Origin: Torpedo marmorata
Taxonomy: Eukaryota
DNA: 64,000 bases
Assembly (NCBI GenBank): GCA_977017645.1
Contig: OZ360232.1
Location: 77,562,001 to 77,626,000 of the forward strand
Direction of reading: 5' to 3'
The notes beneath the pieces were generated by a model. That model made no database searches. It was not told where the DNA came from and was given only the letters and a program-made list of their open reading frames with translations. Shown piece after piece: positions 49,901 through 61,329 of this stretch; the first letter of the stretch is position 1; the number at the start of each line of letters is the position of its first letter. The position numbers were made by a program, and so were the translations under genes.

Positions 49901-51951
49901 TAAGTCAATCCTCGAGAATGAATTATGTCGAAAGGAATAAAATGAATAATCTTTTTCTCTAGGGTTTAACTTTCTCCAAATATCTACTAAATTTAAATCC
50001 TCCATTAAATTAATAATTCTTTTAACTATTTTAGGTCTAACAGATGTTCTAGATGTTTTATCCATATTTGCATTAAGACAACAATTGAAATCTCCCCCAA
50101 TTAAAATATTTTCCTTAGCTTCAGATAAATGTAAAAAAGTATCTTGAATAAATTGTTCATCCTCTGGGTTTGTAATATATAAATTTAAAAAGGTCCATGT
50201 TTCTGAATAAATTTGACAATGCACCATAACAAATCTACCAGCTATTTGTCAAAATTTTTGCCTTTAATTTATAATCTACATTCAATAATGATATAGGTCT
50301 GTATGACTCAGTTTTTAATACATCTCTATCTTTCTTTGGTATAACTGTGATAATAGCATTCAAAAAAGTTTTCGGTAATAAATGAGTTTCCTTAATTTGA
50401 GTCAATACTTCCATATATATAGGTATCAATAAATCTTTAAACTCCTTATAAAACTCTATCGGAAATCCATCATCACCAGGAGATTTACCACTTTTCAATG
50501 TCGATAAAGCTTCAACTACTTCTCTCATTGTAATAGGTAAATCTAACATATCTCTATTAAAATTATTTAATTTAGGTAATGTAATTTTGGATAAAAATCT
50601 ATTAATTTTTGTATCATCATGATCAATCTGAGAGGTATATAAATTCTGATAATATTCTCTGAAAGATTCATTTATTTCCTGAGGTTTATAAGTTATTTCA
50701 CCAGTACTTTTTTTTATAGCATTAAAAGTTTTAGAAACTTGTTCTTTTTTTAATTGCCATGCTAGAACTTTATGTGCTCTTTCTCCTAATTCATAATATC
50801 TTTGTTTCGTTCTACCAATTAATTTTTCTATTTTTCGAGTTTGTAACATATTATAATGCAATTTTTTCCTAATTAAACGTTGTCTCCTAAAAATTGTTTT
50901 ATTTCTTTGAAAATCTTTCTCCATAAATTCAATCTCCCTTTCCAATTTTCCTTCTTCTTTCAAATAATCTTTTCTAATTTTTGCCGAAAAACTTATTATC
51001 AAACCTCTTAAATAAGCTTTTAAAGATTCCCAAATTATAAATTTATCATTAACCGAATTATTATTAATTCTTAAAAATTCCTGAATTTCTTTTCTTATAT
51101 ATTCACAAAAGTCTTTTCTATTTAATAAAGAAGAATCTAATCTCCAATTATATACAGTTTTTTCTTTCTCTGGAATTATACACGTCATCAATAAAGGTGA
51201 ATGATCTGAAATTATTCTTGCTTTATAAGATATTTGAGTTACTCTATCCTGAATTTGTGAAGATATCAAAACAAATCAATCCTAGAAAATGAGCTATGTC
51301 TAAAAGAATAAAATGAATAATCTTTTTCTCTAGGGTTTAATTTCCTCCAGATATCTACCAGATTCAAATCTTCCATTAAATTAATAATTCTTTTGACTAT
51401 TTTAGGTCTAGCAAGTGTTCTGGTAGTTCTATCCATGTTCGCATTTAAACAACAATTAAAATCTCCACCAATTAAAATATTTTCCTTAGCCTCAGATAAA
51501 TGTAAAAAAGCATCTTGAATAGACTGTTCGTCATCCGGATTTGTAACATATAAATTTTAAAAAAGTCCATATTTCTGAATAAATTTAACAATGTATTAAA
51601 ACATATCTACCAGCTACATCAGTCACTACTGATTGTATTTTAAATGGTAATTTTTTATTAACTAAAATCGCTACACCTCTCGCTTTAGAATTAAAAGATG
51701 AAGCTACTACATGTCCCACCCATTCTCTTTTTAACTTTTGATGTTCCTTATCAATCAAATGTGTTTCTTGTAAAAAAGCTATATCTACTTTCAATTTCTT
51801 AATATATGCCAAAGTTTTTTTCCTCTTAATTGGATTATTAAGCCCATTAACATTAATACTTACAAAATTTATACTTCTAGAATCCACCATAAATAAACTT
51901 TAGACATTCTCTATCTGTTAGATCCGCTAGCATTTCCCTCCTAATCTGTTA
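43968..51951 (-). mobile_element. L1 with complete but frameshifted ORF2 (start 51890), split by a nested L1
   Basis: 15-bp TSD caaggcccccatctt (43953-43967 / 51952-51966); NVNGLN..LQETH; ORF pieces 51585-51890, 50235-51269, 44513-46429, 44261-44482. Confidence 0.93.
46430..50241 (-). mobile_element. Nested 5'-truncated L1 of the same family
   Basis: Own A-tail and 3'UTR; 11-bp TSD ctatttgtcaa (46419-46429 / 50242-50252); ORF2 in three pieces. Confidence 0.92.
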
Positions 51952-52953
51952 CAAGGCCCCCATCTTGATAACTTTTCACAGGAGCACAATTGAGAGTGTC
52001 CTGACTAGCTGTATTATGTGGTATGGTCACTGCAAAGCATCAGACCGGATGTCTATACAGAAGTCCATTAAAACAGTCGAGAAGATCACTGGGGTCTCCC
52101 TTTCTTCTGTTGACATTTACTGGGATCGTGGCTTAAATAGGGCTCAAGGAATTATCAGACAGTTTCCACCCACCATATGGTATCTTTAATTCACTAACAT
52201 CAAGGAGGTGGTACAGGAGCATCAAAATCAGGACTGCCAGACTAGGTCTTCCCGCAGGCTATTATGAAAAAATAATTCAATTTCTTGTGAACTTTAGCTC
52301 CCGGATGATTGGCTTTGATGCAACTGGACAAGCTATTTCTAGGTCTCGTTAGTTATCATATGGTGTTTGAGACACCTCATCAACTTTCAAAGTCTTTCTA
52401 ACATCAACAAGGTTCAGGTCAGAACTATGCTGTAATGCACTCCACTACTGAAAGGAGTGCAGCTGCAACAAATAAAGGCTGAATACCACCTTGGACAAAG
52501 CAGTCCATCCACCACTTTGTTGTAGTGTTATGGCTATAATCTTCTAAACGTATTCCAGTTTCTTGCAAAAGCTGTGCTGACTGTACCTATCAAACGAATG
52601 CTTTTTATCACCAGAAAGACAAGAAGAGATGTATGGGAAAATTCCCCCCACCTCCAGGCTTCCCACCAGGTTGTGTCCCCTCCTGACTTGTGTACAATTA
52701 TTTTTTTTCCATAATTAGTTCTAAATTCTGGGACTTCTGAGTTCCGAGGGATCGATCACCTTCCCAAGCAAACGCATCTCCACCGCCAACAGGGATGCGC
52801 AACAAACGCGTTTTGGGAACGACTTCCTCACATACATTTAAATAAAATCGCCAGCTTGCATTCAGAAGATGAATTCGTGTATGGGACATAAAAAATGGTT
52901 GAAACTTGTACCAAATAATTGTTAGTTGGTTTTTTTTTGTAATATTATAGTAC

Positions 52954-53281
52954 CATTTTGCATCTGTATTTCCGTCCCGGCAGCAGCTCCCAGCAACAAC
53001 GCGGGGCTATTGGTAGGTGCCGGCGGATGAAAAGGAGCCGGTTTGGAACGACGGCGCCCTTTCGCGCCGGGCTCCGGGCCATGTGCACGCGTGCGCACAG
53101 CCGCCGGTGTCCGGGTAACGGAACGCTGCTGCTGCTGCTCCTCCTCCTCTCCTTGCTTCGTGCGCTTGCCTGCGAACTCAATCACCGAGCCGGATGCGTG
53201 TTTGCCGAAGCGGTTAACGTAGACGGCGCTGAAGGCTTTCTTCCTGCCCACCCTTGCCTCCAGCTCCTCCGCCTGCGCCAT
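52954..53281 (-). CDS. Putative first coding exon of an unidentified host gene (MAQAEELEARVGRKKAFSAVYVNRFGKHASGSVIEF...EIQMQN)
   Basis: ATG in a CpG island, 109 open codons + 1 nt, donor GTACTA, phase-compatible with 32137-32220. Confidence 0.65.
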
Positions 53282-53530
53282 ATACGCAGGCCCAGAAGAA
53301 CCCCAACCCGCTCCGGCAGCCAGCGAGCCGCAAGACGACGACGTCGCCCGGCTGGCCACGCGCAGTCATTCCCGCCCGATCCCTCCAGCGCGCGCGCCCC
53401 ATTCTCCCTTTCCCCCCAACCCGGGGGAAACAGCGTTGCATCACGTTGTACTCACCGGCACAGTGCAATTCACTTGCTTACCTTCCAGTGTCCGGAGCAT
53501 TACATTGTGGTTGGTCCAATTGCACAAGTA
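52960..53530. promoter_or_regulatory. CpG island / promoter
   Basis: Non-repetitive, GC- and CpG-dense segment in an AT-rich background; ATTG..CCAAT near 53505-53520. Confidence 0.75.
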
Positions 53531-53599
53531 ATTCTGAGGTTTCTGCTATGATTAGCCAGACCCGAATCATGTTTAAGTCCCAACCAACCAAGATGCAGA

Positions 53600-54910
53600 G
53601 ATGAGGGGTTGTTAGACATCTCATTCCAACATTATGAAATGTTTCAAGCGTCTGGAACACATCAAAACACACCTCCCAGAGATGCTGGACCCATTTCGAT
53701 TCGCCTATAGAAGAAACTTCCACTGATGATGCTATAGCCTTGTCCCTTCACTCCGTCCTGACCCACGTTGAGAACAATGCCTCATATGCCAGGCTGCTGT
53801 TCATTGACTTCAGCTCGCCGTTTAATACGATCATTCCCCAGAGGCTAGTGGAGAAACTGTCTTCAGTGGGACTCAACACCCCTCTCTGTAACTGGATTCT
53901 GGACTTCCTAACGGAAAGTCTACAGTCTGTCTGGGTCAGTAGCAGAACATCGAGCACCGTTACGCTGAGCACGGGCGTACTACAAGGCTGTGTGCTCAGC
54001 CCGCTCCTGTTCACACTACTGACCCACGACTGCATCGCCGGATCCAGCTCCAACACGGTCATCAAGTTTGCAGATGACTCAACAGTAGTTGGCCTCATCA
54101 GCAACAACGATGAGTCGCATTACAGAGAACAGGTGGAAAATCTTGTGAAATGGTGCGAGAGTAACAACCTGAGTCTCAACGTGGACAAGATGAAAGAGAT
54201 GATCATGGACTTCAGGACCAGGAATGACCACCCTCTACTATACATCAACAACTCTGTAGTGGAGAGCACCGTTCCTTGGAGTTCACTTAACTAGTGACCT
54301 ATCGTGAACACTCAACATCTCCTCACTTGTCAGGAAGGCGCAACAGCGACTATACTTCCTGAGAAGACTGAAGCGGACAAGGCTATGGGTCACCATTATG
54401 TTAACCTTCTATAGGAGCTCTAGAGAACATCCTGGCCAGCTACATCACAGTGTGGTATGGTTGCGGCAGAGAAATGGATCAGAGGTCAATCCACAGGACC
54501 ATAAGAGTCTCCCTCCCCCACTATCGACGTGATCTACCAGGATCATTGAAGAGGGCACGAAAATCATTGAGGACCCCTTCCACCCTGCACACAGCATCTT
54601 TCAGCTGCTCCTGTCTGGGAAGAGATTCAGGAGTGTCAGAGCCAGCACCACCAGGCTGAGGAACAGCTCTTTCCCACGGGCAGTGAGAATGCTGAACAAC
54701 CAAAGGAACTGCTCAGACTAACCATCCGAGACTCTCATATTCATGAAATAATATTTTTTTTTTTTTTTATTTGTATAGATGAAATACTTGTCCTGCATAT
54801 GTATTGTTTGCGTGAGTGCTATGTCTGGTTGTGTTCTGTACTGAGGACTGGAGAACGCTGTTTCGTCGGGTTGTACTTGTACAATCAGATGACAATAAAC
54901 TTGACTTGAT
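53600..54910 (+). mobile_element. Rex1/Babar LINE fragment
   Basis: [26 protein letters not shown]; tail caataaacttgacttga. Confidence 0.88.
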
Positions 54911-55057
54911 TCATAGTATAAAAAATAAGACACAAAACAAATGTGCAAAGTTACAGAGAGAGATCATTTGGTATGGATCTAAGTTAGCATGACTCCTATT
55001 TTTAACTTCTTTCAGGAGTCATAGAATCCTACAGCTGGGAAACAGGTCCAGTTAAGG

Positions 55058-55432
55058 CAGGGGTCCCCAAACTTTTTGGACCATCGACCCCTTCATGGGA
55101 TCCTTGGTACCTCATCGACCCCCAGGCATGGAATCTGGCGGTGCTGGGCAGGCGGGGTGGGGTGGGGGGTGGTGGCGGCGCCAGACAGGAGGAGGGGGGC
55201 GGCGTTGGACACATACCACCTTCTTCCCAGCTCCGTCAGTCCTTCACTCTCTACTATTAAGAGGCCGAAGCCAAATACAACATGGCAGCCACCAAGGCCA
55301 GCTCTCGCGAGAGGTTGGCTACCCCTGCCATAGGTGCTATTTTCAAAAGTTTGAATTGACCCCCCTACCATTTATCGACTCCCTTTCGACCCACTGGCAT
55401 TTATCGACCCCTTCAATTGTCCCATCGACCCG
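55058..55432. mobile_element. hAT-like non-autonomous element, right end missing
   Basis: Begins caggggtccccaaact; repeated atcgacccc subterminal motifs. Confidence 0.5.
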
Positions 55433-56200
55433 CTGCATTGTGTGGGTTCACCTTGGATAGGGTTCTCCTCACCTCGGCCACGGCTTTGTGGGGGGCCCGT
55501 TCATCAGGGGGACATGGAGCTTTCTTTGGCATCATCTTGTTCTTCTCATCAAACTGTGCATAGAAGGTGTTCAGTCTGTCTGGAAGGGAGGTGTCATTGT
55601 CCTTAATTCGCAAGGTTGACTTGTGATCCGTAATAGCCTTGATCCCTTGCCACATGCGCCTTATGTCGCCGGTGTTGCACAGTTGTCTGTGGATCTTCTG
55701 TGCATACACTCGCTTTGCAGGGGAGAGTTCAGCCCTGGCTGATCTTAGTGCCATCCTATCCCCTGTTCTGAAGGCAGCATCACGAGCTCTGAGAAGGGCC
55801 CGGACCTCTGCATCCAACCATGGTTTCTGGTTAGCCCTGGTTGTGAAGCATTTTATCTCGGTGACATCCTCAATGCACTTGCTGATGTAGCCAGTCACTG
55901 AGCTCGTGTACTCCTCTATGTTTATATGACCGTTGTAGGTTCCCGCCTCCTGAAACAGCTCCAGTCCGTGGTCTCAAAGCAGTCTTGCAGCGCTGCTATG
56001 CCCCCCCACCCCCGGCCACGTCCTGATCTCCCTGCGAACTGACCTAGTTTGCTTTGCCAGCGGTCTGTACGCCGGGGTTAGTAGGACGGATATGTGATCC
56101 GTGTAACCAAGGTGGGGGCGAGGTGCAGCCTTGTACGCACCAGGGACGTTGGTGTACACCCGATCCAGGGTGTTCTCTCCTCTGGTGGCGAAGTTCACAT
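55432..56200 (-). mobile_element. Rex1/Babar LINE internal fragment (EN-RT linker)
   Basis: TRGENTLDRVYTN..LGYTDH; NQKPW..MWQGIKAITD..LNTFYAQF. Confidence 0.82.
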
Positions 56201-56203
56201 GCT

Positions 56204-57289
56204 GTCAGGAAACAAATAAGGAATTCCTACCACACCAAGCTCTATACCGCCACCGGTGGGTCCATTTACTCACCTAGTAATAGACTATGTAAAAATGCTC
56301 GACCACACAGAAGGAAAACGTTACTGCCCAGTAATAATTGACAAGTTCTCAAGGTGGGTTGAAGCATTTCTCACTGCGCATGCGGACACCAAAATAGTAG
56401 CAAAAGTAGTTGCGAAAGAAATTTTCCCAAGGTTTGGAGTGTGTCAGACTTGAGTGGTGACAATGGGTCTCATTTTGCAAATGAACATACAGATGCATTG
56501 TGTAAAATTGTGGGAATTACAAAAAAATCTCGTGTGTATCATCCACAATCAGCTGGCACAATAGAAAGATGTAATTGTAGCTTGAAAGCTAAACTGGCAA
56601 AAATCTGCAGATAGACAGGATTAAATAGGGTACAATCCTTACCATTAGCATTCATTGCCATGAAATAGTAGAAATAGATATACCTATTTTATCTGCATGA
56701 GATGGTTACTGCGAGGGTGATGTCAATGCCAATGACCAAGCCCAGTAGCAATGAGGAAAGTTTAGAAGTGTTGAAAGGAGAACTAGGAAAGTACTTGAAA
56801 GGACTAAAATTGGCTGTCAGATCTATTTACTCTTAGCACAAGGACCTCCAGGGGAAGATACTGAGCTGCTGGTGAACCCCGGAGACTGGTTGTACATGAA
56901 GAAGTTTAAGAGGAAGTGGAAACAACCCAGGCAAATCGGGCCATTCCATGTGATCCTGTCGATACCCACTGCGGTCAAGATAAAGGAGACAGGATCATGG
57001 ATTTATCTCAACCACTGCCAGAGTCCCACCAGCCGGGAAGCAAGAAGATGGCACGAACAGCATCACTGCAGAGGACGCGGAAATGAGAGACTACACTTAA
57101 ATTTGGGTTTTTTATTCTATGATTTATGCTTATTGTTCTTATTGAGTATAGAAGGGAGTTGTGGAGCGCCAGTAGGAAAAGGGGAATAGAGACCAATCGG
57201 GACAAAATGGCATCTGTGGAGGTTTAATGCAGAAGACAAAGTCTCCATTTTAAGTGGGAAAGAATAGTTGGTGGAGATTTATGGAGTGG
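56204..57289 (+). pseudogene. Epsilon-like (class I) ERV integrase relic and start of env
   Basis: GPFTHLVIDY..IIDKFSRWVEAF..KEIFPRFGV..DNGSHF..HPQSAGTIER; GPF..PTAVKI..WIYLNHC. Confidence 0.8.
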
Positions 57290-57941
57290 TGTGTGTGTGA
57301 AACCGGTTTGATGGGTCCCAAAGGAAACGAATCTGAACACAGGCTGGTTGAACAGTAGTTTTTATTTACACGCGTAGTGGAGTCATAATAAGGGTAAAAG
57401 TCACACACATACACACACTCGTGGATTAACTGACACACTTGCAACCACTCACGGATAGAAAGCTATACAATAGCTTTCAATACAAGCAAATGACAATGTA
57501 CAATACCCGCTACTCCTTGATATCTCTAGTAGGCACGGCTCTTATCTAAACTAAACTAGGGACTAATTTCTAGACACACAATACTACAGTTCCCAACCCT
57601 TCGTCTGTGCACACCTTACCAATGACTCTCTAGCGTTGCCCATGGTTCCCAACCTAGAGTGGAGCTCGGGTTTGTCCCAGAATAAAAAGAGACAGATGGC
57701 TCACACGTGGTGGGCTTTATAGTACCATCAGCTGGAGAGTCCGGCCCAGGTATCGATAAGGCAATTAAAGGGGCCAATGACCAGGTGTGCGCTGACCTGT
57801 GGGTAAGGCTTGACCTTGATTGGCAGGTGAGGTGACTTCCGACTAGGTTCCAGACCGAGAGGTCACATAACCTTCCTCAATCCACATTCCCACCAGGTTC
57901 CAGACAGAGGGGTCACATGACCCTCCGCAATCCACACTACA
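57290..57941 (-). repeat. 3' LTR of the minus-strand ERV
   Basis: PPT aaggggtggaa then TGTAG at 57941; TATAAA and AATAAA on minus; ~45-bp tandem duplication at 57845-57937; distal end approximate. Confidence 0.7.
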
Positions 57942-57985
57942 TTCCACCCCTTGGAAGTCACGACACTCGCCAATCATTACATACA

Positions 57986-59323
57986 TCAATACAGACTAGG
58001 AGCTTTCCGGATAAATTTACAAAGACAACAGAAAAGACAAAATCCCACCACCACGAGAGTGATGGTAGTGACCCAGTGAATGGCCATGGCCCACCAACTC
58101 CCAGAGCCCCAAAGGGCCAACAGCTTCCCCAAGAGGAGTCGTGATGCAGGAACTGGTCCCTTGATTTTTTCAATTTTACCCACAGACTCTCGGATATGCT
58201 TGGCCAAATGAGTGATGTTCCCCAATTCATCGGGAACATAAGTGCAGCACTCCTTACCAGTCACTGCACAGGTACCACCTTCAGCGGCAAGTAGGTAAGT
58301 CCAGGGCCATCCGGTTCTGCAAGGTAACCATGCAGACGGCTGTCAGCTCTGCTGCCAATCGAGTCAGAGCATCCTCCCTCTGGCGCAATGCCACAGCCAT
58401 CTCGGCCAACATCTCCAGCACGCTGGTCATGCGGATAACTTCGCGGGACTGGCGGGCAGTGCCATACTGGGGGAAAGCAATCATCCAGAACCTTTCTGCC
58501 TCAGTGATTGCCCTTCTGTCCCGGTTTACACAGTCGGCTGGGTGCTCCCTGAGGTTGTTAAGGTGGTGGATATAAGGCACAACATATCCTTGAAAGCAAT
58601 AGCCCTACCATCCCATGGGGAGCCAGGGGTAGGCACGGTGTCCGCATATCCAGTGTGTGGCATTGAATGTCCAGGGAGCTCCCAGCTTTGCGGAGCCCTC
58701 GGCTGTGGACACTGGTGTACCTGGGTACCATTCTTGCTCACACTCGCTGGTGGACCAGAGCTCATTAAGACATCTGCATCAACATTCCCTAGCACTGTTC
58801 AACCACGGTGTCTACAGATTTTCGTGTTTACCCTAGCACTGTTCACCAGTTGAGGAGTCACTCTGAGAGTTGGGACTTTAATGTTTGCCAGATTGTAGGG
58901 AGGAAAAAAACAGTTCCTAAAACACCCACCCCACCGGGGGATCACTGGATGTAATGTTGTGCAACGGGGAGGTAGGTGGGAGGTCACTGCCATACAGCGT
59001 TCGCCCCCCCCCTCCCAGATCAGAACACCGAAGGCTGTGGAATTAACCAGTTCATTCAAATAGTCCATTTCTGTGTTATCGAATGGGATGGACGTAAGTG
59101 GAAGTCTCAGCAACGTGCGCTGGATTTCGCATGCAGACCCAGCAATTCGATCTGTTGGTGGCTGCTGGCGTATTCGTAGGCCACCCTGAGGAACGTATTG
59201 TAGGCTTCCACGACGCTGATCGATGCAGCGATGATCAGTAGTGTTTTCAACAGTGCATTTTCCTGCGGGAGGGGTGAGTGCAAAGCTCACTCTTGTATGG
59301 TTAGTTTTTGGGTGTGAAAACAT
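57986..59323 (-). pseudogene. env: ERV env (gamma-type TM), frameshifted
   Basis: Furin site RDRR, ISD LQNRMALDL, CX6CC (GGTCAVTGKECC), TM AIHWVTTITLVVVGFCLFCCLC. Confidence 0.88.
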
Positions 59324-59339
59324 GACAAATTAAGTTCAC

Positions 59340-59960
59340 CCGGTATCACGACCCAACACGTATCCCCAGGCCCGCGTGCTATAATTTCTCCCTTTTTAGG
59401 CGGACCTTGTGGCTGCTGTACCCATACCCCGATTCTTCAGGGTTCTGAACCTCTCCATCTCTGACTTGGGGATGTCAGAGGCTGCCAGATGGCATGAGAG
59501 TGGGAGCCCCCTGGCCAGTCGGACAGGAATTGAGTTTGTCCACTGCCTGCTGCAGCACACTGAGCCACCCCTGCAGTGTACTGTTGGGCATTAGTGTGTG
59601 TATCTGGTCTTTGAGCAGGCCGTTCATTCGCTCAATTAACCCGGATGTCTTGGGTGGGAGCGGAAATGCAACAGCCATGAGATACCGGCATCCACTGTTC
59701 ATTCCTGTACTTTTGCCCCCGTGAAGTGTGACCCCTGGTCGGACTGTACCTCCTACGATACTCCATAAATGGAGGAGAGGTATTGTAGCCCTTTAATGGT
59801 GCTGTCCTGGTCGGCCCGTTGGCAGGGCAACGCCACCAGGACACCCGAGTATGTATCAACTATTGTGAGCATGTATTGCTTTTTATTTTGGCGTGGGACT
59901 TGCTACACCCGACTTGCCACATCTGGCCCGCTCCCGTGCCCTGGCGAATACAGCCTGGAG
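59340..59960 (-). pseudogene. ERV integrase relic (class III-like)
   Basis: LTIVDTYSG..ADQDSTIKGL..QSDQGSHFTG..SGLIERMNGLLK. Confidence 0.72.
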
Positions 59961-60219
59961 GGTCCATTGGCCACCACCTTGGTTTTACTCATTGACAAAT
60001 GGGGCAATTGGCAACCACGGTTCTGGCTTCATCATTGGATGGTGAGACCCCCAGGCTCTCTGCTTATCGTCGCGTCCCATCGGCCCCCAGATGCCCACTT
60101 TTACGGCACGCCCACGATGCCAAGGGGCCAGGGTCACTCTGCTCGGGGTAAATGGTGGCGGAGCAGATGTGAGTGGGTCGGTCCACAGCGGTATTTTGGG
60201 CAGCTTCAGCAGTTTCCCT

Positions 60220-61250
60220 GGAGGTATGCAAAAAGGGAACCATAGGAAACAAAGCAGCATTTATGATTTACCAGAATCCAAAACGCAAGGGTTACACCAA
60301 TCCCACAGAGGAAAATTTGGTGCCAGAACTGTCATGGAAAAAGAGGGAGATGGCACAATTCTATAACAATGGAAAACGTCACTAGGAGTTGGCTCGCTGA
60401 TTGTTTAGGACCCTGGGGAGCCATACAAGTATAAATCCTGATCCCCCATAGTTGTAGTCTTGGACATGGCTGTCTGTGGATGCACCATAGTACTAGCATG
60501 TGCAAAAGCCATATTGGCCTGCTGGTTAGGAACAATGTTAGGAGGAGGAAGTATGATAATTCAACAGGATGAAGATATAGGGGAGCATGTCCGCCTGTGT
60601 GATTGTACGGATGGGAGAAAGGAGACCATGCCAGTGTTTGGGAATGTAGCTGACCCGATATCATTAGACCCAAAATTCTTTCAGCATTTTCAGTTATGAT
60701 GTCGCTAATCCATTCACTTGCCTATAATACTGTAGTGGTGACTTCTCTCTGACCTTGAGGATGGAATTTTATATGTCTACAATATCTGTATATGGTTGAA
60801 TTGTGTGAGACTATGAAAGTCTCAAAGGGGGAAAATGTGGAAGTAAGGTTCTGCCTTACGAAGTAAGGGTGTGCCCTGCTGCTTTGCAAAAGAATGCCGA
60901 AGATTATAAATATTCAGAGAGTGAGGGGCCCCATGACTGGTGTTGCTGGGCAACCCCAGCCACCCCTGAAGATTGATTAATTTGAGCAATGCGATGGTTT
61001 GACGTTTGTTGCTGGGCAACCCCTGCCCAGCGAGTAAGTTTCCATTAGCCTGGTGTTTCCCATGCAAGAACAATGCCTGAGGAAGGGGAAACCTGGTTGC
61101 GTGATTGGTTCACATAATGATGCAATTTGCGGATGGATAGTGTGTAGCTTAATGCTTGTCACATGGGAGAAGATAATTTTTTGGATTGGTCAAGTCAGAT
61201 TGCTGCACGGTATACAAACCGATGTAATTGTATGCTCAGAGAGCTCCTAG
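60220..61250 (+). pseudogene. Probable continuation of the plus-strand ERV env SU (very decayed)
   Basis: Cys/Trp-rich broken frames; position after the nested element; no diagnostic motif. Confidence 0.35.
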
Positions 61251-61259
61251 ATCACCTAC

Positions 61260-61329
61260 GGTGTGGGGCAGGGTGTGGGTGTGGGTGTGGGTGTGGGTGA
61301 GGGGGAGGGGGAGGCGGGTGGGGTGGGGT
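61260..61329 (+). repeat. G-rich (GGGTGT)n tract, G-quadruplex potential
   Basis: More than eight G3+ runs. Confidence 0.7.

Noticed and set aside
44261-51890. Programmed frameshifting or multi-ORF L1 structure
   Set aside because: Breaks mostly fall at homopolymer runs and differ between copies, so they are mutations or sequencing indels; the 39635-42973 copy is open
52958-53604. Plus-strand ORFs over the CpG island
   Set aside because: Arg/Pro-rich GC shadow frames with non-ATG starts; the minus frame has the ATG and a phase-compatible donor
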